Shown one piece after another: positions 1 to 11,796 of a DNA stretch of 64,000 nt (within the stretch, counting starts at the first letter, position 1; every line of letters starts with the position of its first letter). The notes under the pieces were generated by a model. It was not told the DNA's origin and ran no database searches. It worked only from the letters and a program-made list of their open reading frames with translations. The stretch comes from Rhynchopus sp. YZ270_cl-10 (lineage: Eukaryota): positions 1,488,001-1,552,000 of the forward strand of contig OZ037847.1 in the NCBI GenBank assembly GCA_964035575.1, written 5' to 3'. A program made the translations under genes and the position numbers.

Positions 1-546
1 TGAGGCGACGCATGCACCAATTGATGAGCCAGCCAGACTCTTCAGTGAACAACCTCCACTCAGCTTAGGACGAGCCACCCTCGTGCTCCGCCGGAAGGCA
101 GCAAAGGTGATCACCGGTGCGACTACATGTCGCACGGTCAGGACGTGTTGTGGGAGGCACCGCAGACCACAGCGTACCACCAACGACTACGAGAAGTTTG
201 TAGGACTGCCCGGATCGCTTGGGCATGCTGTGTTTGACAAACTAAACCAGGCATTTTCATAGTTCATGAAATGCTGGAGACATACATCTTAGGTACGTAC
301 GTAATACGCGGCAAATAGGTAGCAAAAATAATAAAATACATAGTGAACTGAGGACTGAAAGGAAATAAGCAACAAGACTGTATCGCATCTAATAGCAAAC
401 AACAGTTTGCACTGTATAAACTGTGCAATGATACGCATAACATGACCTTTTACCTCCCTGGGCCCCATCTGGGACCCTCACCACCCCCCTGGTGTGTACA
501 TACCTGTCAGCACCAGCCCCCACAACCCACAAGAACCCACCAAAAG

Positions 547-642
547 AGTCCACCTAGGGGGACTATAGTCCCCCTAGGTGGACTACATAGTCCCCCTAGG
601 GGGACTCTATAGTCCCCCTAGGGGGACTATGGAGTCCCCCTA
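547..642. repeat. Palindromic minisatellite of TAGGGGGACTA / TAGTCCCCCTA units
   Basis: Alternating direct and inverted copies, e.g. the perfect palindrome CACCTAGGGGGACTATAGTCCCCCTAGGTG. Confidence 0.8.
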
Positions 643-1358
643 ATCCGACACCCCAAAAGAGTAACTCCCCCCCGGGTAGACTCCACCGTGTAGACAGATA
701 GATACATTCTACTTCAGAATGACATGCGAAATTATTTTTTTAAAATATGTGAACCCCGATCATTTCAAGCCCGCCTCGTCAGCCGAGGGTGACACCACAC
801 CCAAGAGAGCTGGACTATTGTTCATCAAAAATCAAAATCAAAAATAAATAAAAAATGGCCCCAGATCAGAGGCCGTTACGTGAGCGCGATACCCCGGACA
901 GTGCAGACTGTTTGTGGCTGGCAGTTTTGCACTAATCCAACGATTATCAAAATAAAATAAAATCATTGGCCTTCAGGCGACTTTTGTTGTACAGAAACCC
1001 CGTCCTCGGACAGGGTGATTCCCCCCCACAAATAAATTGACAGTGGAGCTTTGTACAATGTGGCAACTACACTACAATTTTTCTAAAAAATTTTAAAAAT
1101 GAAAGCTTGGATGCCTAGTGTAGGTTTTTTTTTTTTGTTTGCAACCCTTTCTTTCCCCAAACACGCTACCCTTCCGATGGGCCAGGGTTCACTTTTTTCT
1201 TTTGCGCCCTTCCATTTCCCCCTGCCCTATCCCCCCCAGGATTTAGCGTGAACTCTACATCACAACCCCACCCACGATAGAGTCTATGAAAAGCAGTAAA
1301 AAAAATGCCTAAAAATCTCAAACCATTTCCTTCATTTTGTCATTAAAAAAAACAGTAC

Positions 1359-2048
1359 CTACCCCCCCCCCGTGCATAAGTCCGACCCCCATGACCCGTG
1401 CATAAGTCCGATGACCCGTGTATAAGTCCGGGCAGATTTGGGATTAGGATCGGACTTATGCACAGGCCGACTTATACACCGCTTTTGTGTACTGGTCGTG
1501 GTGAAAAATTTTTTTGGGGCATTTTCCCGCTCGCGAAGCGAGCGGGGGGGAAAAATTGGGGCGTTTTTCCGCTCGCGAAGCGAGCGCAATTGTATTTTTA
1601 TTGGCGGTGTATTCACCAGGGATCATCTTCGCTTCTCGTGTCAACACGTCATCCTCACAATTCTCAAAGATGTGAACCTGTTACTGCAAAATTGGAAAAC
1701 TTTGCACCCCAAACACCCTCAACAGCCAAAAGGTGCCCCTTGTTGCTGGGAGTTGGTTCTCATGTTTGATACCTGCACAGCAAGCATTCCTCTGAGTCCA
1801 ACGCTGTTTGGCCTGCCTGCGGCGTTGTACCGAAGGTGCACGAAGACAGGGTAAATTTTGCGGTCCCTCATGTGGGTCACTCACACTGAGGTGACGTGCC
1901 ACTGCATGGGTCTGGGTATCTGGGTGCACAAACCGGTGTATAAGTCCGATACCCGTGCATAAGTCCGAAACCCCGTGTATAAGTCCGGAGGCCCTCAGCC
2001 CCCCCAAAAATCGGACTTATACGCAGACTTATGCACGGGGGGGGGTAG
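1359..2048. mobile_element. Non-autonomous TIR element (MITE)
   Basis: TIR CTAC(C)nGTGCATAAGTC / GACTTATGCAC(G)nTAG, flanked by GTAC on both sides (equally readable as a TA TSD with ends 1358/2049). Many subterminal GTGYATAAGTCCG repeats. Confidence 0.88.
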
Positions 2049-5000
2049 GTACAAAAAAAACTCTCGTTTTTTGAGATTATCAACCCCGTGGAAATGCGCC
2101 AGCATTCGTTCAAGGATACGGGAGTTTTCTCTGTGATAACAGCAAGGTGGTTTGCCCTAGGCATCAAGGGGATGTATGTGCAACGGAATGCATTCGTCTT
2201 TCACGTTTATTTTTTTTTTTATTTTTAGGGCTCGTTTTTTTTTGCATTTCAAGCGCTTCTCTTGAAATTGCATTGCACACCCGAAGACTGTCTCTTTTCA
2301 AGTTGATTTTTTTTCAAGAATGAGTGGTTGCTATTAAACGGTGTAGAGAGTTTATTTAGTCTTCACGAAATATTGATAACATTATTAAATGGACACAGTC
2401 ATAAGGGAAAGTGTTACCTTTTTTTTTTGAGCGAGGCTGTGCATTAAAGAGGGAATTTAAAAAAAAAACGAAAAAAAGCTGGGTCATAAATCGGATGATT
2501 TGTGAATAATTCTTCCATTTTGTTCCTTTTTCTTATTTTCTTTTTTTTTTTTTTTCTCCCCTGCTCACATTATTGGATAGGCAATCAAAGTTAACCTTGT
2601 GTTGCCTGTTGTGTGTGTATATTTTGCCCAACCTCGCCACAAAGAAAAACAAAAAACAAAAGAAAAAAAAAATATGTTTAAACTTATTCCCTCCCGTCTG
2701 CTCTCTTTGGACTTCCCCTTCTTACCACGTTGGGGTTTTCCGATTAATATTGAATCAATTCACTGTGGGTGTTTGTGTTTCACAGCTACCTGCCCCCCAC
2801 CACCCCCCCTGTTCTTTTTGATAACGAATGTGATCAAGGTGGCTAAGCATGAGAGGCTTAGGTTCATCTTATAAACTTTTTTTTTCTTTTTTCTTTTTCT
2901 ATTTTTCTTATGAAACTGTTCATCCATTGAACTCTCCTGAGTCTTGGATGTGCTTCGATGGTGTCTTAGAGAGTTTTAGCGATTAAAACCAAACAACAAA
3001 AAAAAAATCATAAAAAACCCATCCAAAAATCCCAAAAAAAAAAATACAACAACAACCAACAGAGGAAATGCAGATGGAGTCAAGGACGACCCCATCCTTC
3101 TATTTTTTAAAATACATCTTCAATCAGTTTAAATTAGTTGCTTCCTTTTTCATCTCTAAATCGGATTCCGATATCAGTAACCCTTCTCTTGAAAAGTCAA
3201 TTCAATGTCTGGGTCCTCCCTTTACCGCGTACATTGTCCTTCACGGTTTTTTGAGGCCCATCAGCAAGACTTCACCCCCTCTTTTTCCTTTGAACGAAGA
3301 GAAATAAAAAAACAGAGCACAAAACAAAAGTAACAAATCTTCAAAAAAAAAAAAAAAAAAAAAAAATAACCCCCCTCTCCCTTGCCACTGCTTCCCATCA
3401 CGCCTTTTCTTACCCGAAGAAAAGACGTCATTTTTTTGTGTTTCGAACGTTTCTTGTGAAAAAAAGATGCAAATTATCTTTCACTTTGTTCTATCACGGC
3501 CCCCATCCCATTTTGATCAAAATTATTTTTGGAATGACATTTTTGGGTTCACAACTCTCAGAGGATTCCTTCGGAAAAAAACAGAAAGTAGGCGTGGGGA
3601 AACCACCCACACTGGATCTGTTTTTTTTTTTTCTTTTCTGTCAACGTGCAAATTGAGAAGATAAATCATTTTTTATTCTCAAATTTATGGTGATTTTTGA
3701 CCTCCTGTAAAGGCTAAGCTGAAGCTTGGTATCATCTGACAAAAAAAATTTCTTTGTTTCTTTTTTTTTAAATAGCGAAGACTGTCTGGCAGCTGAACTC
3801 TCAACAGATTGAAAAAAAAAGGAAAAAGAAAATAAAACAAAAAAAGATGTTATCGAGTATAAGTGCAGATACGTATCAACCGTGCGACTGCAGAAGGGCT
3901 CACCATTAAGCAATAGATCACACACACCCAGCAGTCTTATCTGGGCATTATTTTTTTTAAAATTATTGTTATCGTTGGTATAACCTTTATCATGTCACAA
4001 CACACCAACAAGCCCCCCTGTAATTCCGATATTTTTTTGTATTTTTTTCCCTTCAAACTAAAAATTGGTTTCTTTGTTTCGATACTGTAATGGAGGCTCC
4101 TTAACCATTTTGACAAAAAATTAGGGAGTCTCCAACGTATCATTTTAAAACTTTAGTGTTTTTTGTTTGTTGTTTTTATTTCCACTTCCAATCATATTTT
4201 TTTTTTTTTTAAACAAGAGGTATGTGCACATGGGAGGCATATTCATCTCTCAAGTTTTCTCTCTTTTAAAAAAATATTTTTTTCGAAGAAAAATAATGAG
4301 CATTTTTTTTGACGGGGGGGTTTTTTTTTTGCTCTTCCCGCCTCATACATGTCCCCCGCATGATTTTTCTTAAACATCCACCACTCCCACCCTCTGTAGA
4401 AAGATTGCGAAGTTCAGACCAAAGGGAAAAGTTTTTTTTAAACCTTCTGTTGTGGGTAGTGCTTTCGTCCGGGGGCTGGCATCAGAAGAACCGTTACGTG
4501 GGTCAGTCGGAGGTGGCATCAATAACTACCGTTAAAATCGAATTGATGTGTGTGTTGTGTGTTATTTTCGTTTCTTTTCCAGAAAGACATACCGGGTCAC
4601 GTTCATCTCTCAAAAAATGTTCCTTTTTGTTGCTAAATCACATCATTAGGTTAAAAGCGACATTTTATTGGTATCATCTCAACTGCTATTGACTTTGCGT
4701 CTATCACGCGTATATTTTTTTCTTTTCAAATTTTGTTGTACAGAACCCATTCTTGGACAGGGTGATCGTCGATGCTTCGAAAAAAGAAAAAAAGAAAAAA
4801 ACTTGCAATTAGTTCAGAGTTGGAAGGCTTTGACTTACTCCAGTTTTTTTTCTTCTGTCGATCGTGCACCCCCTTCCCTATAGTCTGGATTCATCATGAT
4901 GCACACCATAATAATTACAAAAATGTCAGCAACTTTAAAAAAAAACAAAACAACACACAAACAAGCTCTTCCCAACCCGCTGATTTTTTTTTAAAGCTTT

Positions 5001-5942
5001 CCCACAGTGCGAAGAGTGTTTACTTTATATTTTTCTTAACTATGGTGAAAACCAGTTGGTTCATAAAAGAACAACGGTTTTTGTCCTACTGCACTGTAGG
5101 TGAAAGAAGAAGGAAGGCAAATACGGTATTATTTAAAAAAGAAAATATCCGTCTGTTGGTATCCTTCGCCCCCACAAAGCAACAGGTTATCAATAACAAT
5201 AACAACAAAAAATCGTTCGCAATTGTCTTTTAATCGATATTTTCTGTGTGTATTTTTTTTTTGTGAGAAATTGATACCATGTGGTCACGTTGTGATAACA
5301 TTGTGTCCACATGCTTTTGACAGGCTTCTCTCTCTTGCCTGTCATGTGACTAATAATTGTCACAGGTGCATTTGTACCTCCAACCTTTTCTTTGGTGCTC
5401 GTTTCTGTGCAGATATCCATGATTTTCGCTGTCTTTTTTAGGTCTTTTTATTTTTTAGAACGCTATTTTTTGAGCGTTTTTAACGCTTTTCTCATATTTT
5501 TTTATTAAAATCCTCGAAGTAAAAAAAAAACCCTCTCCCCAGCCCAAAAAAGAATGAATCGAAAAAAGAAAGGCCTTTAGAATGAGGCGATTTTTTGTTC
5601 ATAAAAAAAAATTCTTTTTTTCCTCCCCAATTCTTGCCACAGCGTCATCTCTCTTTTCTCTCTTCTCTCTCTTTATTTTCCTCTCTTTTCTCTCAAAGAA
5701 AGTACTCTTTTAAGTGGTTTTCTGCAAATTGGTTAGAATGCCTTGTTTATTGTAAAATAAACCACATTTTTATTTTTTGATTTTATTTGCTTTGAACTGA
5801 AAGTTTATGAATTTAATTTTTTTTAGATGGCAGTTTGCAGTGCAGCTTGCAGTCATCTCGCATACTTTATTATGTTTGATTTAATTTTCAATTCTAACGC
5901 GATTAACGCCTCCAAAAGCATATTCGTCTTTATGATTTATCA

Positions 5943-6427
5943 TGGATCGTATCCGGATCCAGATTCCAGGTAATTCCAGAAAAAAAATCCAGGTTTTCCA
6001 GATCTGGAATTTTCTGAGATTGGATTTTTTGTGAACGGGTGTCCCCTTGGGGGGCTGTTTCCTTAAAATCCTTAAAAATAAAAAGAGCACAAAGCACTTT
6101 CAAAGCAAAAAAAAAAAAACATTTTCAACGCCCCCCCTTGGGGGGCTGTTTTGACTTCACTCGATTATCCATAAAGTGGGTTGACTGGTTCTTCTCAAAC
6201 AGTTGGAGCAAGCACAGAAGGAGGGACATACCATACCATGCTAGAAAACAAACAACATGAAGTACCAGATGCGACCAACGTGAACACGCACCAGGCAACA
6301 CTACAGCCACTGATATGTCCCTGGAATTCGTCTGGAATTCACTTGAAATTGACATGGAAAAAACCTGGAATTTTCATGAAAAAATCTGAACCTGGAACCA
6401 CCTGGATCTGGGCCCGGATACGACCCA
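5943..6427. mobile_element. Degenerate MITE
   Basis: Imperfect TIR TGGATCGTATCCGGATCCAGATTCCAGG / CCTGGATCTGGGCCCGGATACGACCCA with subterminal TTCCAG/CTGGAA repeats. No clear TSD. Confidence 0.65.
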
Positions 6428-6983
6428 CATTATATTTGTTTTAGTTTTAGTTTCTTTTTTTAAAAATTGGCGAACACCAAATCCAACAGGATGCTGTGTT
6501 ATATGCCCCACACACACACACACCCCCCCATTTTCTTCCCTGCTAGAGAAAGAATGAGAGAGAGAGAAGAGAGAAGAGAGAGTTACCGCAGTCGCAGGCT
6601 CTAAGATCTGTCTTGCTTTTTTCCTTCACGTTTTTTTATTTCCCTCTTTTTTTTTTCTAATTTTTAACACAACTTCTCATCATTGACAACACAAAAAAAA
6701 AAAAAAAAAAACGGACACCGTTGGTCGTCCAATCTCAAATTTTTTCACTCTCTTTGCTTTTTCTGAGGTGACTCAGCACGATGTGGCTTGGGTTTTATCT
6801 TACAACTATTTTGTTTTTGTTTTTTTTTACCCCCTTGGAGACTTTACTACCCAAAGTTTTCTGAATCCCAGCCCTCAGGCCCGCTCATTGCACCAGTCTA
6901 TTCACAGTTGCATGCCATATATTTTTTTTTGGGAAAAATATCCCCTCATCCCACCAGAAAAAGCAAAAAAAGGGGGGGAAATC

Positions 6984-7040
6984 GTGGAGATTGCACAACT
7001 GTGGCAACACAACCGAGGCAACTACACTACTCCAACAATT
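6984..7040 (+). ncRNA. Hairpin family A, representative copy (candidate single-hairpin H/ACA-like RNA)
   Basis: GTGGAGATTGCACAACTGTGGCAACACAACCGAGGCAACTACACTACTCCAACAATTT. Near-identical at 14062, 35128, 35962; degenerate at 26327; short forms at 1043 and 52079. The repeat is certain, RNA status is inferred. Confidence 0.45.
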
Positions 7041-9012
7041 TATCAAAAAATAAGAAATACCCTTGATGCTAGCCATACGGTGTCTCTCAATGTGGAATAT
7101 ACCAGATAGCATTTCATTGTATCGTTGTAGCTATTGCTATGCGTGAGGGGGGAAATAAATAATAAAAAAACAGAAAACAGAAAACAAAAAAACCCCCTCT
7201 TTCTTCGGGAAGATGTGCACTTAATGCAGGGGGTGAACAAAAAAACAGCGGAACTCCTTTTATACATCAAATTATATTCACTCTGTGTTTTTTTCCCCCC
7301 ACTGTAACCTACCGAGGTAGCCGTGACACTGAACATACAGGTAGTTTTTTGGTAGCCGCGCCACTGGTACTGCCTCTTTGCTTGGGTTTGTTGTTGTGTT
7401 ACTTTGCGGGGTACCACACTGCGACTGGGCAGGGAGGGGACAGTTTCCCTTTTGCTCTTGGGTGCACAGCCCGCACACCTTCCCCCAAGGTGTGGCAGAG
7501 CAAAACCTTTTGACTCTGGGCTGACGACATGGTAACCGTGGCAGGAAGTTGCATTTTTTCCTCTTTTTTTTTTTTTTCCTTCCAACCACCTCTTGAAGGG
7601 TTGGGGCTTGTATTCATCTTTACTTTTTTTTTAAAGGTCGAAGTTATCAAAACGTTGCCCTATTTTTTAATATTTTCTCCTGTTTCTGCACTCTCAACAC
7701 ACAACGGGGAGGTTTTCCCAAACAACGTCGATATGGGAAGACGTGCACAGAAAAGTCTTTTCTTTTTTCGTTTGGAAACTCAACCACCCTACACATTCTT
7801 AAATATGCGTGTCTGTGCACGGTAAAGCACATTCACCTTTCACGTTCTCTTTTCGTTTTTCACAGATTTTCATGCGAATAAGCCCATTCTTTATTCGATC
7901 GCACTGATTGCACTAAAACCCCCTTTTTTCTTCCGATATATTTTGTGAGGATATCGTAAATTCATCGGTTTCTTCGGGAGAAAACGAGCGTCCACGTGCC
8001 CCAAAATGTATTTGGTTTTTTTTATATTTCCACGACTCCGGTAAAAACTTGATCAAAAAATTCATCCCAAACCCTTTCACTTTTAAAAAATACACCCTTT
8101 TTTGCATCGTTTCCCGGGGTTGCCTTATTCTAACTCACAGTTTAGCGTCCCCCCTTTTTTAACAAAACGAGAGTACACAACGCAAAAAATCTAACAAAAA
8201 AAACTTCACAAAAACCCAAAACACCCCCTTTTTTTTTCAAACCTCTTTTAAGAAGGAAGCTGTGTGAACTGCTTCACCCCCCTTCTCCTTGCGTTTCATG
8301 CCAACAAAACATGTTACAAAACAAAAAAAAAACAAGAGCACAAAGCAAACATAACAAAAACTTCATAAAAACCCATTCAAACACCCTTTCTCCTTCTTTT
8401 CATGATTAAGTGCGTCGTGCGTCTACTAAAGTGTTTTGCACTTCTTTTTCTCTCCCCTCCCAACTTTACTTGCGTTTTTTTTTTTTTTCTCTGCATTCTC
8501 TGCGGTGCCCGAGTCAAAACCACACACACCACTTTATTTTTATACCCCCCACTCGGAAAATCCCACAAAGGTCCAACTGTATTTTTCTGCTTTTTCTTTT
8601 TCTGAATGTCGTTATGTGAAAGGGTTATGTCTTGCGCGAAAGTGAAAATGACGATTTCATACTTTCATTTTTTTTTTTCCTTCTCCAAATTTTAATTTGT
8701 TTGGACACCGTTTGATCGCCCTGAGGCTCATTTATCGTTCAGTGGTATTCCCCACAAAACCCCCTTGAAGGCTTTCCCTCAATAAAATGGACACTTCATT
8801 GATTTATTATCAATGAAGTATTTCCTCCATTTACCCTTTTTTTTTTTGTCAGTCAGGTCCTTTAAGTGGATGCTCATCCCTCCTTTCTTGTGTTTTATTC
8901 AAATGGAAAAAAAAAATAATAAAATGTTCACGGACTTTCGTTGTTGATCTCAAACGACTTCGTAAGTACGGCGGATACGTACTCACTCCTTTGTCTCAAT
9001 ACAATGTTATTT

Positions 9013-9048
<36 letters not shown>

Positions 9049-9054
9049 ATTTTT

Positions 9055-9690
9055 CAGGGTATTAGGGTGAAAATCCAAAATCCCGGAAAAAACTGGTTTT
9101 TCTGGTTTTCTCTCCTGGGCGGCAAAAACTAGTGTTTCTGGCGAAAACCTCCACCGTTGACGGACACAGTCACCCCTTTCGAGTTTTTCGGGGGTGGGGT
9201 CAGTGTCTTATCCAGGAATCCGATTTCAAAATATTTTTCGGCGCTGCTGACCCAGGGTAGACATTGGGAACATAGGGACTGCATTTTTTTTTTGCGGAGC
9301 AAAAAAATAATATAAAATGGCGCCGCAGGCGAAAATTTTTTGAGGGTACGGTGTAAAAATCTAGCTTTTTACACCACAGAGCCACTCAAACGAACCCTTT
9401 TTTACGGAGCAAAAAATGAAAAATGGCCGCAGGCAAAAAAAATTCAAGGAACAGCCATTTCCCAAAGGCACTCCCGTGGTTCAACCACGGTTCTACCAGG
9501 CGGGGAAAAAATGCGGGGAAAAAAATCGAGTCCGCCCTAATCTGGGGACGACATTTACAGAAAGGCCTGGTGAAAAGTGTCGGTTTTTTTTTCCCCTCCA
9601 GATTTCTCTGTTTTTTTTTTTTTTTTTGAAAACCAGTTTTTGGAAAAACTGGTTTTGAAAACCAGTTTTTTTAACCACCCTAATACCCTG
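9055..9690. mobile_element. hAT-type MITE
   Basis: Perfect 15-bp TIR CAGGGTATTAGGGTG and perfect 8-bp TSD GTATTTTT (9047-9054, 9691-9698). Confidence 0.93.
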
Positions 9691-10512
9691 GTATTTTTCA
9701 ACCTGATCCCAAGAGGAATTTTAGGTTGTTCTTCTCTTTCTCTCCTTTCCTTTTCCTTTTTTGTACGCTTTTCTCCTGTACTTTTTTTTTTCTTTATTCT
9801 CCAGTCTTGTCTCCTTGCATCTTACAAAGTTGTATTTTAAAAGGCTCAGACAAATACAAAAAAAAAAACACAGAAGGAACCACATCTCTTTTTCAAAACT
9901 CACTCCTCAGGTTTTTTTTTCTCTTTATTTCTCGAAATCCTTTTTTTCTTTTCTTTTCTATAAATCATATTTGGTGTCTTGCGTCCCTCCTCATAGTTTG
10001 ACAAGGCGTTCAGCTAGGGAAGTGAATAGTATTTTTTTTTCAAATTTTCAAAAATTTCTACGTGATTCGGACCCAAAATGAGTTCCCCCCCGGAATGAAT
10101 TTTTTTTTACCTCAAAAAACAAAAATATGATCAGATGTGTGCACGAGAGACACATTTCATTTTGAAGAATTTTTAGTTCTCCTTTTCCTGTCCTATTCAT
10201 GGACACATAATTGACTTCCCCTTTTGCAAAAAGGTGCTGGGCGTTCGCTTCCTCCCCTCACAATCCAAACTAAAATGCTTTTTTCGGCCAAAAAAAAACA
10301 AAACAAAAGCCAAATCCAGAGAGAACCAACCAATGTGTTTTTTTACCATTATTTTTATTATCCTCTCACAAAAAACAATAAAACCCCAAGGTAAGAGACT
10401 TATGGTCATCTTAAGACAGTTATACATTTTTTTTGGCAGAGGCGTTTAGTGTCTGTCTAAAAAGTGGTTTGTCTGCACGTTATCTACTTCAGTTTTCTTT
10501 CTTCTTCTTCTC

Positions 10513-10553
10513 AAGGTGGCTAAGCACGAGAGGCTTAGGGTCATCTTATAAAC
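10513..10553 (+). ncRNA. Hairpin family B, representative copy
   Basis: AAGGTGGCTAAGC-ACGAGAG-GCTTAGGGTCATCTT-ATAAAC. Over 30 related copies, e.g. 2836, 6766, 10876, 11103, 21913, 22388, 24484, 33958, 37350, 39395, 44123, 46803, 63760. Confidence 0.45.
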
Positions 10554-11698
10554 TTTTCTTTTTAATGTCTCTGTGCAATAACGTCCTGTAGAGGCGTTTT
10601 CTTGCGCGAATCCATCTAACCTCATGTTGTTTTTATGTGCTTTACTCGCCCCCTTCTCTGCAAAAAAAAAGCAACTCTTATTGAAAACTGGCAACACATT
10701 TGCCGCACATTTATCTTTTCTAGTTTTCTTTGTTTTCAAGCTTTCTCTTTATCTGGTGACTAAGCTCAACGAGGCTCGGTTTCATCTCGTTTTTTTTCTC
10801 TTCTTTTTTCTCTGCGTTGTGCCAATGAAATACCTTACGGCGCCGCCAAAAGGGTTTGCACTTTCGAACATTGCAAAGGTGTCTAAAGCAAGAGCTGTTT
10901 AGACACATCTTATATAAACTTTTCTTTTTTTCTCCTCCCTTTTCCCTGGACCAACACCCCCACCACCATAGAGTCGGTTTTGGTATTTTATTTTCATCGT
11001 CACAACTGTCACAGTACTCCGGTGGCGAAAAACCATTCCAGCAATGTCCATGGGGGGAAGGGGGGGTTTTTTTTCAGCTAATGCTGTGCGATAACGGATA
11101 TGAAGGTGACATAAGCGAGAGGCTTAGGTGGCATCTTATAAAAAAAAAAACTTCTTTTTCTTTATTCGATTTGAGGTTTTCTATATGAGGCTTAGGTCAA
11201 TTAAAAAAAAAACCAATTTTTTTCTCTTTCTTTGGGGGTTCATGAGCATAACACAACGGATACTCTACAATACATCCCAACTACCTTTATTGGGTGCAAT
11301 TGTCCAATAAATTCTGTAACGTGACCTGCTTCACTTCCCCTCTTTCTCTTTGGTGACCAAAGCAATATCAACTTTTAGCTCCCTCTTCTTTCTCTCTATC
11401 CAGTACTATTTTACAAAATGTAGCCTCCTTCTTACCTCTTTTTGCCTCCCTCTTCGGCCAGTGGGTCAGCCTCCTTTTCACTCTGTTTAAAAGCCAAATG
11501 GCAACCTTTTTTTTTCCTCTTCCAATGTGACCAAGCACAAAATCTTAGGGCATCTTATTAATCTTTCTCATGAACAGGACTCAGTTCACCACACAAATTC
11601 TGATTTTGTGTATCCCCTCAATAGGGTCTGTGTTACAAATATCTTCTAAATTGATCCTGTTCCATTTGACGCACATCGACACATCTTTCTAATACAGT

Positions 11699-11796
11699 CC
11701 ACCTGACATTTCCTAAAATTTTTGGTGGAGTTTGGAGGAGGTGGTATTTAAAACCCTCCTCAAACCTTTGCTCAAATTTTAAGCAAAATCAGGTGG
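11699..11796. mobile_element. Short YCACCTGA-ended MITE, copy 1
   Basis: CCACCTGAC...TCAGGTGG ends on a largely self-complementary body; flanks ACAGT/ACATT. Confidence 0.65.

Noticed and set aside
1..261. 3' end of a coding region at the window start
   Set aside because: GC-rich and partly open, but the protein-like segments are in different frames and no domain is recognisable.
6984..7040. Family A as a minus-strand tRNA-derived SINE (TAGTGTAGTTG A-box-like)
   Set aside because: No proper B box or cloverleaf. The GCAA tetraloop and shared GAG/ACA motifs favour the + strand, though this is not fully excluded.
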